Positions 1 through 8,115 of a DNA stretch of 18,118 nucleotides are shown here, piece after piece; position 1 is the stretch's first letter, and each line of letters begins with the position of its first letter. The stretch lies in NCBI GenBank assembly GCA_016839445.1, contig JAEOUG010000186.1, positions 1 through 18,118 of the forward strand. Reading direction: 5' to 3'. A program made the position numbers and the translations under genes. The notes under the pieces are model-generated. The model did no database searches, was not told the DNA's origin, and was given only the letters and a program-made list of their open reading frames with translations. The stretch comes from Candidatus Thorarchaeota archaeon (lineage in GTDB: Archaea; Asgardarchaeota; Thorarchaeia; Thorarchaeales; Thorarchaeaceae).

Positions 1-50
1 CAGTGTCGGCATCCTAATCTAGGGGTTGTGCGAAGGTCGCTGTGGTCACA

Positions 51-632
51 ATGTCCGAAAAGGACGAAATCTATCCAGTCAATGCTCTCCCGGGATTAGC
101 CTGGACCCTGCAAGTATACTTCAAGGCAAAGGGCAAGTTCAAGGAAGGCGGCGTCGTTGAGCTCATATTCCCAGCAGGGGACCACAAGGTGCATTTACGC
201 AAGAAAGGGACGCACGAGATCATCCTTTGGTTGCACAAGAAGCAGTTGTGGCTCAGGTCGAAGTGCGACTTCGACAAGGAGTGCTCGGCAAACATCGAGC
301 GCGTGGACGCGTCTGACAGAGAGGCCGTGAAGACGCTCCCCTGGGAGGGTACGGAGTCTAGGGCCTTCTTCAAGGCTGTACGCAAGTGGATTATCCGATT
401 GAATCTCGATTTCGTCACTTTCGTGCGGGCGCTCAATACAGTATGTGACAGGAAGGTGGAGATACCGCTTACTACGAAGTGGGGGCGGACGTTCAAGAAC
501 TTCGATGAATACCGCCGCAATCGTTGGCCTGAGGATGCCACGCCGGACGACAGAGAGAAGTTCATCGAGGAACTCCTTGTCAGGATGAGCTTCTGGTTTC
601 AATCCGCCGTGCAGGTCGGAGCCCTCAAGTAG
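51..632 (+). CDS. Hypothetical protein (~193 aa), no recognised family
   Basis: Long ORF with normal protein composition, co-oriented with the downstream genes. ATG at 51 preferred; alternative GTG at 42. No motif recognised. Confidence 0.8.
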   Translation: MSEKDEIYPVNALPGLAWTLQVYFKAKGKFKEGGVVELIFPAGDHKVHLRKKGTHEIILWLHKKQLWLRSKCDFDKECSANIERVDASDREAVKTLPWEGTESRAFFKAVRKWIIRLNLDFVTFVRALNTVCDRKVEIPLTTKWGRTFKNFDEYRRNRWPEDATPDDREKFIEELLVRMSFWFQSAVQVGALK

Positions 633-693
633 ACACCGAATCAGAATCCCTTTAGAGGCGGGAAGTCATCGAAGAGAAGGGTTGTAACTGATC

Positions 694-1809
694 ATGCGGA
701 TTGGTCTTCTTGTGAATCCCATTGCTGGAATGGGTGGTCGTGTAGGACTCAAGGGGACCGACGGGGTTGTTGAAGAGGCAAGAAGGAGGGGTGCAGAGCC
801 AATCGCTCATGAGAGGGCACTGGAGTTCCTCAACGCTCTCTCGAAGATACGAGGCATCGATCTGTTCGTCTGTCCCGGAAAGATGGGAGAGGAGGCAGCC
901 AGAGACGCCAATCTTGAATATCAAGTGACAGATGTGAAGATTTCAGGGGCAACCAGCGCGGCAGACACTCGAGCCTGTGTACTTGCGCTCCATGAGTCTT
1001 CCGTCGAACTTGTCGTCTTCGTAGGAGGAGACGGAACTGCACGTGATATCTTGGATGCAGTCAATGAGTACAATCTTGACGATCTTCTGGTTCTTGGTGT
1101 GCCCTCTGGTGTCAAGATGTACAGCGGCATCTTCGTGATCAATCCTGCAGATGCGGCCGACGTTATCAGACTGGCTTCACAGGGAGCCGCACTCCCTGCC
1201 GACTTCGAAGTAATGGATGCCGACGAGACGGCCATCCGAGAGGACCGTTTCATCATTCGCCTGTACGGCTACCTACGGGGTCCAGCTGTTCCAGCCCGTT
1301 TCCAAGGCGCGAAGCAGGCAAGTCCTGAAACCATAGACGAACATGAGGCCCAGGAAGCAATAGCTCGCTACGTGCTGGAGCAGATAGAGAAGGGTGGTTC
1401 CTACATTCTTGGTCCAGGAACGACAGTGAAAACAGTGACCGATTTGCTCGGTGTGAAGAAGACTGTACTCGGTGTTGACTTGCTTCAAGATGGCAAGATC
1501 CAAAACGATGTCAATGAAGATACCATTCTTCAGTCCATTGAGGACTTCTCGGAAGCGTGGATTGTGGTCTCCCCGATTGGTCATCAGGGCATTGTGTTTG
1601 GCAGAGGAAATCAGCAAATTAGCCCTGGCATCATCCGACGAGTGGGGAAGGAGCACATCATCGTCATATCCACTCCGTCGAAACTCAGGGGGGTCTCCGA
1701 CGGCAAACTGAAAGTGGACACAGGCGACATGGAGGTCGACAACCTACTTCGGGGCTACATCAGGGTCATCACAGACTACAACGAGATTCGACTTATCAAA
1801 ATGGAGTAA
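694..1809 (+). CDS. ATP-NAD kinase family protein (COG3199 / AcoX-like predicted polyphosphate- or ATP-dependent NAD kinase)
   Basis: Motifs GLLVNPIAGMGGRVGLKGTDG, GGDGTARD (NAD/DAG kinase GGDGT), GVPSGVKMYSG, GRGNQQIS and LKVDTGD. Confidence 0.9.
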   Translation: MRIGLLVNPIAGMGGRVGLKGTDGVVEEARRRGAEPIAHERALEFLNALSKIRGIDLFVCPGKMGEEAARDANLEYQVTDVKISGATSAADTRACVLALHESSVELVVFVGGDGTARDILDAVNEYNLDDLLVLGVPSGVKMYSGIFVINPADAADVIRLASQGAALPADFEVMDADETAIREDRFIIRLYGYLRGPAVPARFQGAKQASPETIDEHEAQEAIARYVLEQIEKGGSYILGPGTTVKTVTDLLGVKKTVLGVDLLQDGKIQNDVNEDTILQSIEDFSEAWIVVSPIGHQGIVFGRGNQQISPGIIRRVGKEHIIVISTPSKLRGVSDGKLKVDTGDMEVDNLLRGYIRVITDYNEIRLIKME

Positions 1810-1857
1810 TTCACGTACTCGCCAGATTCTTGTGCAAGGAAGCCCTTGGCCGAAGCG

Positions 1858-2589
1858 ATGATAGTACTCCTCACTGACTTCGGTCAGTCTGAATATGTCG
1901 GTGTCATGCGAGGTGTAATCTACTCGCACTCTCCCAACGCCCAGGTCGTGGACCTGACGCACTCCATCACTCCGCAGTCCGTCAGAGAGGGTGCCTGGGT
2001 GCTGCTCATGACGTACGGCAACTTCCCTAAGGGGTGCATCTTTGTTTCAGTTGTAGACCCCGGTGTGGGAACGGAAAGGGATGCGGTACTCGTCGAGACT
2101 GAGAATTACGTGCACATTGGGCCTGACAACGGGCTTGTCTACCCGGCGGCCAGCGACGATGGTATCCGTGCAGTGTATCGGATTGAAGTGCCAGAAGACG
2201 CATCAAGTACCTTCCATGGGAGAGATGTCTTCGCAAGAGCGGGAGGTCTTCTGGATGCGGGCGAGAGAGGCCTCCTGAACTTAGAAGGTAAGGGCCGATT
2301 TGATGTCGAGATGGAGTTCTACCAAGAGGGGAGAAGTGGCGAGGTCGTTCGCATTGACAGATTCGGAAACATCATCACAAACATTCCGCCCATGGAAAAG
2401 GACGAATACATGGTGAGAGCCGGTCGACTAGAAGCACCGATGGGGCTTGTGAAGAGCTATGGGTTCGGCCCCAGAGAAGGTGCTTTTCTTGTCGTGGGGA
2501 GCTATGGGACCCTTGAGATCGCAGCAAGAAATGCAGAGGCGAGCCGGATGTTGCCCCTGCAATCCGGCGATCGCATCTCAATAGAGTAG
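1858..2589 (+). CDS. SAM hydroxide adenosyltransferase / SAM-dependent halogenase family (DUF62)
   Basis: Motifs LLTDFG, VDLTH, VVDPGVGTER, GPDNG, STFHGRDVF, IDRFGNIITN and GSYGTLEIA. ATG at 1858; alternative TTG at 1846. Confidence 0.92.
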   Translation: MIVLLTDFGQSEYVGVMRGVIYSHSPNAQVVDLTHSITPQSVREGAWVLLMTYGNFPKGCIFVSVVDPGVGTERDAVLVETENYVHIGPDNGLVYPAASDDGIRAVYRIEVPEDASSTFHGRDVFARAGGLLDAGERGLLNLEGKGRFDVEMEFYQEGRSGEVVRIDRFGNIITNIPPMEKDEYMVRAGRLEAPMGLVKSYGFGPREGAFLVVGSYGTLEIAARNAEASRMLPLQSGDRISIE

Positions 2590-2591
2590 TA

Positions 2592-3329
2592 TTACGGGCC
2601 AAGATCACGGAAGTACGGGCAGTCGGCCATTTCGCAGTCATGGTTCCTTGAGGAGTATTCACATGAGTTGGCTTCAGGCACCTCTCCCAGGTCAATGCCA
2701 TACTCGTCATGAAGCAGTCTCATGGCAGCAGTTAGGCCGAAGTATGTCGCTCTCTTGCAGCAGCGCCGCAGTCCATCTTGTGAGAGGTGGAGTGCGTCTG
2801 ATGTTGCTCTGTGTGCGACACGTCTCTCTGGTCCCTTAGTTGGTGTCGACCCCACGTAGAGCGCAACCGCGACGCCGGCACCCACGCATGCGCCACAGGT
2901 TCCAGCGTATCCACAGAAGCCTCCGGGGATTCTCGAGCCCCTTCGAATTCCCTCCAGGATGGTTTCCGTTGTGACTGGACTCCCGTCAACCATGGGAACG
3001 TTCCGATTCTTCATAGCTATGAGGATTGCGGCTGGGACGAGGCTGTGATGTTCTGGGCCGTGAAACTTGAAGCTTGGATGCATCAGGGCCGTGTGGACAA
3101 CCTGCTTTGGGTCTGTGCTCTTGTCCACGCGAGCCAGTCTCTCGAGAAATCGAATCGAGTCTTCGGAGTGGCACTCGTCACAAACGTAATGCCCCTCTGG
3201 ACATGCGATTGGAGACGAGTAGACCTGGCCACAAAAGACGCATGTCTGGTCAGATGCGGTTTCGCCGTAGACTAGGTCTTCTCCGCAGACCATGCAGGAG
3301 ATGTTGTGGCGCTCTTGGTTCTTGCTCAT
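2592..3329 (-). CDS. Cys-rich DUF5714-like protein (putative metal-binding/redox)
   Basis: 15 Cys. N-terminal CxxC..CxxC..C..H..CxxCH, HGPEHH, GGFCGYAGTCGAC, RCCKR, and C-terminal C-x5-N-x2-C-x4-CP(Y/F). Family assignment is from recall. Confidence 0.78.
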   Translation of the reverse strand: MSKNQERHNISCMVCGEDLVYGETASDQTCVFCGQVYSSPIACPEGHYVCDECHSEDSIRFLERLARVDKSTDPKQVVHTALMHPSFKFHGPEHHSLVPAAILIAMKNRNVPMVDGSPVTTETILEGIRRGSRIPGGFCGYAGTCGACVGAGVAVALYVGSTPTKGPERRVAHRATSDALHLSQDGLRRCCKRATYFGLTAAMRLLHDEYGIDLGEVPEANSCEYSSRNHDCEMADCPYFRDLGP

Positions 3330-3406
3330 CTATGCTCGACTCTGGGTAGACTCGAAATCCGTGTTCTCAAAAAACCCTTTGTTGCGGCCAACCTCGGTCC
3401 GCCATA

Positions 3407-3416
3407 TCTAAATATC
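3407..3416 (+). promoter_or_regulatory. Putative archaeal TATA box for the saccharopine dehydrogenase-like operon
   Basis: tctaaatatc; the TAAATA core (3409-3414) lies about 25 nt upstream of the ATG at 3437, which fits a leaderless transcript. Confidence 0.4.
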
Positions 3417-3436
3417 TGGGAAGCCCTTGGTTTAGC

Positions 3437-4654
3437 ATGTCGCGTGTAACGGTTCTAGGAGGATGTGGCACGGTAGGAACCGTGGCTGTGAAGACACTGC
3501 TCCAGGCTGGAGACTTCTCTGAGATCATCATCGGCGACATCGACTTCGAGAAGGCCAGTGAGTGTGCGTCGAATCTCGGCGATGAATGCCTCTCTGCCTT
3601 TAGAGTCGATGCTACGAAGCCTGGCGAGATAAAAGAAGCAGTCAAGGGCTCAGATGTGGTTGTGAACTGCTGCGGCCCCTTCTACAAGCTTGGTCCAATA
3701 GTGCTGAAGGCAGTTATCGGCTCCAAGATTAACTACGTTGACGTATGTGATGATTTCGATGCTACGCGCATCCTGCTCAAGATGGACAAAGACGCAAAGA
3801 AGGCCAACATCACAGCCCTCATCGGTCTCGGGAGTTCGCCCGGAATTGCGAACCTGCTAGTGAAGATGTGTGCCGACCAGATGCTTGACACAGTCGACTC
3901 AATTGACATCTATCATGCTCACGGTGGCGAACCAACAGAAGGCGCGGCAGTCGTAGCCCATAGGATTCACAGCATGCTAGCTGACATTCCCATGTACCTG
4001 GACGGTAAGTTCACCACTGTCCGCTACTTCGAGGATAGCGGCAAAGCCCTAGAAGAGGATGTGGAATTCCATTGCGTGGGGACTCACAGAGTCTTTCCGT
4101 ATCCCCACCCCGAGACAATCACTCTGCCCAACTACATCAAGTGCAAGCGCGTGACCAACATGGGGTGCGTTCTTCCGTGGGAGTACTACAGCCTGATTCA
4201 GAACGTCGTACGTCTTGGGATGGTGTCAGAGGATCCCATCACTGTCAAGGGACAGAAGGTCACACCCTTCGATTTCACTATCGCATACATACTGGAACAG
4301 AGAGAGCGAATCCTGAAGGAGACGAACTTCGGAATCCAGCGAGGGTGTCTGAAGATTACAATGAAGGGTTCGGTGGATGGCAAACCACACAGATTCGACT
4401 TCTCGCTTGCGTCTGAAGGGCAGTCGATGGGCGAGGGGACCGGAATTCCTGCCGCTCTGGGTGCAGTCCTCATGCATCGAGGAAAGATAACTGAGAAGGG
4501 GGTCCTTCCGCCCGAGGGATGCGTGAACCCCTTCGACTTCCTGATTCTCATGCAGGAGCATCTCAAACTGAGAGGCGGTATCACTGGTGAGGGCTCGCCA
4601 CTCATCATTGAGTCCACTAACCATGAGGGACAGGTCGAACGATTAGAAATGTGA
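3437..4654 (+). CDS. Saccharopine dehydrogenase-like NAD(P)-dependent oxidoreductase (lysine 6-dehydrogenase / carboxynorspermidine dehydrogenase family)
   Basis: Rossmann motif VLGGCGTVG, DVVVNCCGPFY, NYVDVCDD, GLGSSPGIANL, HPETITLP, GTGIPAA and GVLPPE. Confidence 0.88.
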   Translation: MSRVTVLGGCGTVGTVAVKTLLQAGDFSEIIIGDIDFEKASECASNLGDECLSAFRVDATKPGEIKEAVKGSDVVVNCCGPFYKLGPIVLKAVIGSKINYVDVCDDFDATRILLKMDKDAKKANITALIGLGSSPGIANLLVKMCADQMLDTVDSIDIYHAHGGEPTEGAAVVAHRIHSMLADIPMYLDGKFTTVRYFEDSGKALEEDVEFHCVGTHRVFPYPHPETITLPNYIKCKRVTNMGCVLPWEYYSLIQNVVRLGMVSEDPITVKGQKVTPFDFTIAYILEQRERILKETNFGIQRGCLKITMKGSVDGKPHRFDFSLASEGQSMGEGTGIPAALGAVLMHRGKITEKGVLPPEGCVNPFDFLILMQEHLKLRGGITGEGSPLIIESTNHEGQVERLEM

Positions 4655-4663
4655 GGTGTGCAA

Positions 4664-6247
4664 ATGGGAGGTATAGTCCTAGCCCATGATGTGGGCACGG
4701 GAGGTAACAAGGCATCTCTCGTGGACATAGAGGGCAAGATTGTCGGGTCCGCTATGGAACCATACCCTGTGCTCTATCCTGAGCCGGGGTGGGCGGAACA
4801 GGATCCTGAGGGCCATTGGTGGCGAGCTGTGTGCAAGATGAGCAGGGAGGTGCTCAAGCAATCTGGTGTGGACCCAAAGGATGTTTCCGCAGTCACGTTT
4901 TCTTCGCAGATGATGGGGACTATTCCTGTGGCGAAGGATGGCTCGCCGCTCATGAATTGTATGACCTGGATGGACACTCGAGCGGCCAGGCAGAACAAGG
5001 ACATATCATCCGGCCCAATTAAGATGCTCCGGATGTTGCGAATCACTGGAGGGCTTCCGTCTGGTAAGGACATCATTGGGAAGGTTCTCTGGGTGATGCA
5101 AGAACGCCCTGCAGTCTATGAGAAGACACACAAGTTCCTTGATGCCAAGGACTACCTCATTCACAAATGCACTGGCGAGTACGTCACGTCGTGGGACTGC
5201 GCGAATCTAACCTGGTTCATGGACTCCAGGAAGGGCAAGAACGTATGGTCTAGCACGATTCTGGGCTGGATGGACCTCGACGAGGATAAGTTGCCGCGCC
5301 TGGCTCCTTCTGTGGAAGTTGTCGGTTCACTCACATCTGAAGCCGCCGCGGATCTAGGGCTCACTACAAGTACGCAGGTTGTGAATGGCTGCGGTGACAT
5401 GACGGCTGCAGGTGTGGGCTCTGGTGCCATCCGTGAAAAGGAAGTGCATCTGTATGCCGGTTCTAGCGCCTGGCTTGGTGCCCACCTGAAGGACAGGAAA
5501 CTGGACATCTTCACGTACACAGGTTCTATTAGGAGCGCCATCCCTGACCGATACTTCATGGTGGCGGAACAGGAATCTGCGGGAGCGTGCCTGAAGCACC
5601 TACGTGAGAACTGGCACTGCAATCAGTGCAAGCACGTTGAGGACTTGGCGCGGGTGGAGTGCCAGGAGTGCATGGAAGGGCGAAGGAACCCCTACAAGAG
5701 CATCGATGAAATCGCAGCTGACGCACCTGCAGGATGTGACGACCTTCTCTTTGCCCCGTGGATGTTTGGCGAACGCAGCCCCTTGGATGACCACAACGTG
5801 CGGGGAGGGTACTTCAATCTGTCACTGGCTCATGAGAAGAAGCACATGGTGCGAGCTGTCCTCGAGGGGGTTGCCTTTCACACTAGGTGGATGATGGATG
5901 GCGTAGAGAAGCGCAAGATGCTCGGGAAAGTGGACAAGGTCAATATGATTGGAGGTTGCGCACAGTCAAATCTATGGCCACAGATCTTCGCGGACATCCT
6001 CCAGAAACCGATGCACAGGATGAAGAACCCTCTGGAGGCAGGCAGCATCGGAGTCTCCTTCGTCGCATACGTGGGCCTCGGCGAGATTGGGAGCTTCGAG
6101 AAGGCTGCGAGTCTCGTGGAGGTTGACAGGGTCTTTGAACCGAATCAAGACACCGAAGATGTATACAACAGGCTCTATGACACCTTGAGAGACTACTACA
6201 AGCGCAACAAAGGACTTTGGAAACGCCTTAACGAGGCAGATCACTAG
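4664..6247 (+). CDS. FGGY-family carbohydrate kinase (xylulokinase-like) with an internal Cys4 insertion
   Basis: Motifs HDVGTGGNKA, PGWAEQDP, TWMDTRA, NGCGD, GERSP, RAVLEGVAF and IGGCAQSNLWPQIFADI. SD GAGGTG precedes the ATG at 4664; alternative GTG at 4658. Confidence 0.9.
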   Translation: MGGIVLAHDVGTGGNKASLVDIEGKIVGSAMEPYPVLYPEPGWAEQDPEGHWWRAVCKMSREVLKQSGVDPKDVSAVTFSSQMMGTIPVAKDGSPLMNCMTWMDTRAARQNKDISSGPIKMLRMLRITGGLPSGKDIIGKVLWVMQERPAVYEKTHKFLDAKDYLIHKCTGEYVTSWDCANLTWFMDSRKGKNVWSSTILGWMDLDEDKLPRLAPSVEVVGSLTSEAAADLGLTTSTQVVNGCGDMTAAGVGSGAIREKEVHLYAGSSAWLGAHLKDRKLDIFTYTGSIRSAIPDRYFMVAEQESAGACLKHLRENWHCNQCKHVEDLARVECQECMEGRRNPYKSIDEIAADAPAGCDDLLFAPWMFGERSPLDDHNVRGGYFNLSLAHEKKHMVRAVLEGVAFHTRWMMDGVEKRKMLGKVDKVNMIGGCAQSNLWPQIFADILQKPMHRMKNPLEAGSIGVSFVAYVGLGEIGSFEKAASLVEVDRVFEPNQDTEDVYNRLYDTLRDYYKRNKGLWKRLNEADH

Positions 6248-6260
6248 CGGGTTGGTGTCG

Positions 6261-6767
6261 ATGAAAAAGAGGTTCGACTTCGACTTTGTGGAACGTGAGA
6301 TACGGAAGAAGACCTTCGGAGTCCTGAGCACCATCGATTCCAAGGGTCGACCACACTCCACTGGTATCCTGTTCGGACTATCCTCTCCTGACGAGCCCTT
6401 CAGGATCTATATGCTTGCTTCGAAGGACTACCAGAAGGTGAAGAACATCCAGAGAGACCCGCGAGTCTCGTTCGTTATTACATTCCCCCACTTCTATGTC
6501 CGCTTCGCTCCTGCAAGCTACGTCATGTTTCGTGGAGTTGCCGAGATTATCCCGTTCGAGGATGGGTCTGCCAAGAGGGCCTTCCAGGCCAAAAGAATCC
6601 TCAGGATGAATCTCAATTCAGGGTATGATGAGAAGGACATCGTCTTCATCAGTGTGAAGCCAGAACGTCGAGTCGTCTGCTATGGCCTCGGATATAGCAT
6701 CATGGACCTAAGGAATCAGCACACGGGAGCTGACTACAGAGTGTTCATACCAGAAGACCGTCTATAA
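6261..6767 (+). CDS. Pyridoxamine 5'-phosphate oxidase-like (FMN/F420 split-barrel) protein
   Basis: Split-barrel motifs FGVLSTIDSKGRPHS and QKVKNIQRDPRVSF. ATG at 6261 follows GGTG; alternative TTG at 6252. Confidence 0.8.
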   Translation: MKKRFDFDFVEREIRKKTFGVLSTIDSKGRPHSTGILFGLSSPDEPFRIYMLASKDYQKVKNIQRDPRVSFVITFPHFYVRFAPASYVMFRGVAEIIPFEDGSAKRAFQAKRILRMNLNSGYDEKDIVFISVKPERRVVCYGLGYSIMDLRNQHTGADYRVFIPEDRL

Positions 6768-6885
6768 TGCTGCAACGCCTACTCAGTGAGATTCGGAATG
6801 GCGTGTTCACTCGATTCGAGCTGCAGGTCCTGAAACGTAGGCTTATCTGAGCGAGTGATGCAATTCGGAGAAGGAATGGATAGAC

Positions 6886-8115
6886 TTGGCCCCTGATGAG
6901 AAGTTGGACTCTGCAGAAGCAAGGAGGCGGCGCGTCGAGTATGAGAGTGAGAAGCTCCTCGAGGCAGCTTCCATAGTTCTACAGTCAGATGACTTCATTC
7001 ATGCGGCGAAAGCAGTCTTTGATATAGCGAAAGAACTGACAGGGGCAGTATCCGGGTATGTAGCACTCCTCTCTGATGATGGAACTGAGAATGAGGTTCT
7101 ATTCTTGGACTCGGGAGGTCTGCCCTGTTTCGTGGACGAGAGCCTCCCCATGCCGATTCGAGGCCTACGAGAGGTGGCCTACAGAGAGAAGCGGCCTGCC
7201 TATCACAACTCCTTCATGAACTCTGACTGGGTCCGCTTCATGCCCGAGGGCCACGTTGTGATGAACAACGTGATGTTCGGGCCACTGATAACCTCAGACA
7301 AGGCTGAGGGCCTCATAGGTCTGGCAAACAAACCCAGCGATTTCGACGAAGAGGACGCAAGGTTAGTAATGGCGTTGGCTAATCTGGTGGCTATCGGCCT
7401 GAAGAGGGCCAAGGTGCAGGAGAAACTGAGAGAGAGTCAGAGGGTGCTGTCGGACACAATCAATGAGTTGGAGCTCTACGCTTCACTACTACGTCACGAT
7501 CTCTCTAATGATCTCCAGCTGATCTCTGGAGAGATAGAACTCGTGAAGATGAAGGCCAGTCTGACGCCAGAGCTTGAGGTTGTCTGTAAGTCGATCTCCT
7601 CTGCCACGTCAAGAATGCACCGACTTCTGCAGGTCTTCACAGAGGCTGAATTCTCATCCGAAACGACCCTTGAACAGATAGTCAGATATCTTGTGGCGGA
7701 TGCAAAGAGCAGCTACCCCGATTGCAGGATCGAGTACATATCCGCGCCCTCATTGGACTCCGTGGGAGTTCGCGGGCGGTCGCTACTACCCTTCGTCTTC
7801 GACAATATCATCAGGAATTCCATACAACATGTCGGTCCGGAAGTCAAGATTGACATTCGCACCTTCATCGAGGAAGGAGACGTTGTACTTGACTTCATTG
7901 ATGATGGGCCTGGCGTCGATGCCCAGATTGCACCCCATCTCTTCCAGCGAGCAGAGTCTCGAGAATCGGGTGGTGTTGGGCTCTATCTCTGTCGCAAGAT
8001 CATTGAAAGCTATGGTGGAAAGATCGAGCACCTAGAGGGAGTCTACGACAGAGGGGCCGCCTTTCGGATCAGACTGCCCCATACGGCAAGTGCTACAGAG
8101 CAGCGGTCTCACTAG
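6886..8115 (+). CDS. Soluble GAF-domain sensor histidine kinase
   Basis: GAF region (…GLIGLANKPSDFDEED), H-box LLRHDLSNDL, N-box FDNIIRNSIQH, G1 DDGPGV and G2 GGVGLYLCRKII. No transmembrane segment. The TTG start is uncertain. Confidence 0.9.
   Translation: MAPDEKLDSAEARRRRVEYESEKLLEAASIVLQSDDFIHAAKAVFDIAKELTGAVSGYVALLSDDGTENEVLFLDSGGLPCFVDESLPMPIRGLREVAYREKRPAYHNSFMNSDWVRFMPEGHVVMNNVMFGPLITSDKAEGLIGLANKPSDFDEEDARLVMALANLVAIGLKRAKVQEKLRESQRVLSDTINELELYASLLRHDLSNDLQLISGEIELVKMKASLTPELEVVCKSISSATSRMHRLLQVFTEAEFSSETTLEQIVRYLVADAKSSYPDCRIEYISAPSLDSVGVRGRSLLPFVFDNIIRNSIQHVGPEVKIDIRTFIEEGDVVLDFIDDGPGVDAQIAPHLFQRAESRESGGVGLYLCRKIIESYGGKIEHLEGVYDRGAAFRIRLPHTASATEQRSH

Noticed and set aside
3165-3185. 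CxxCH (CDECH) as a c-type heme site
   Set aside because: No signal peptide, and the motif sits within a Zn-finger-like Cys array.
6876-6896. Out-of-frame mini-ORF MDRLGP* overlapping the kinase start
   Set aside because: Six codons with no supporting evidence; expected by chance.
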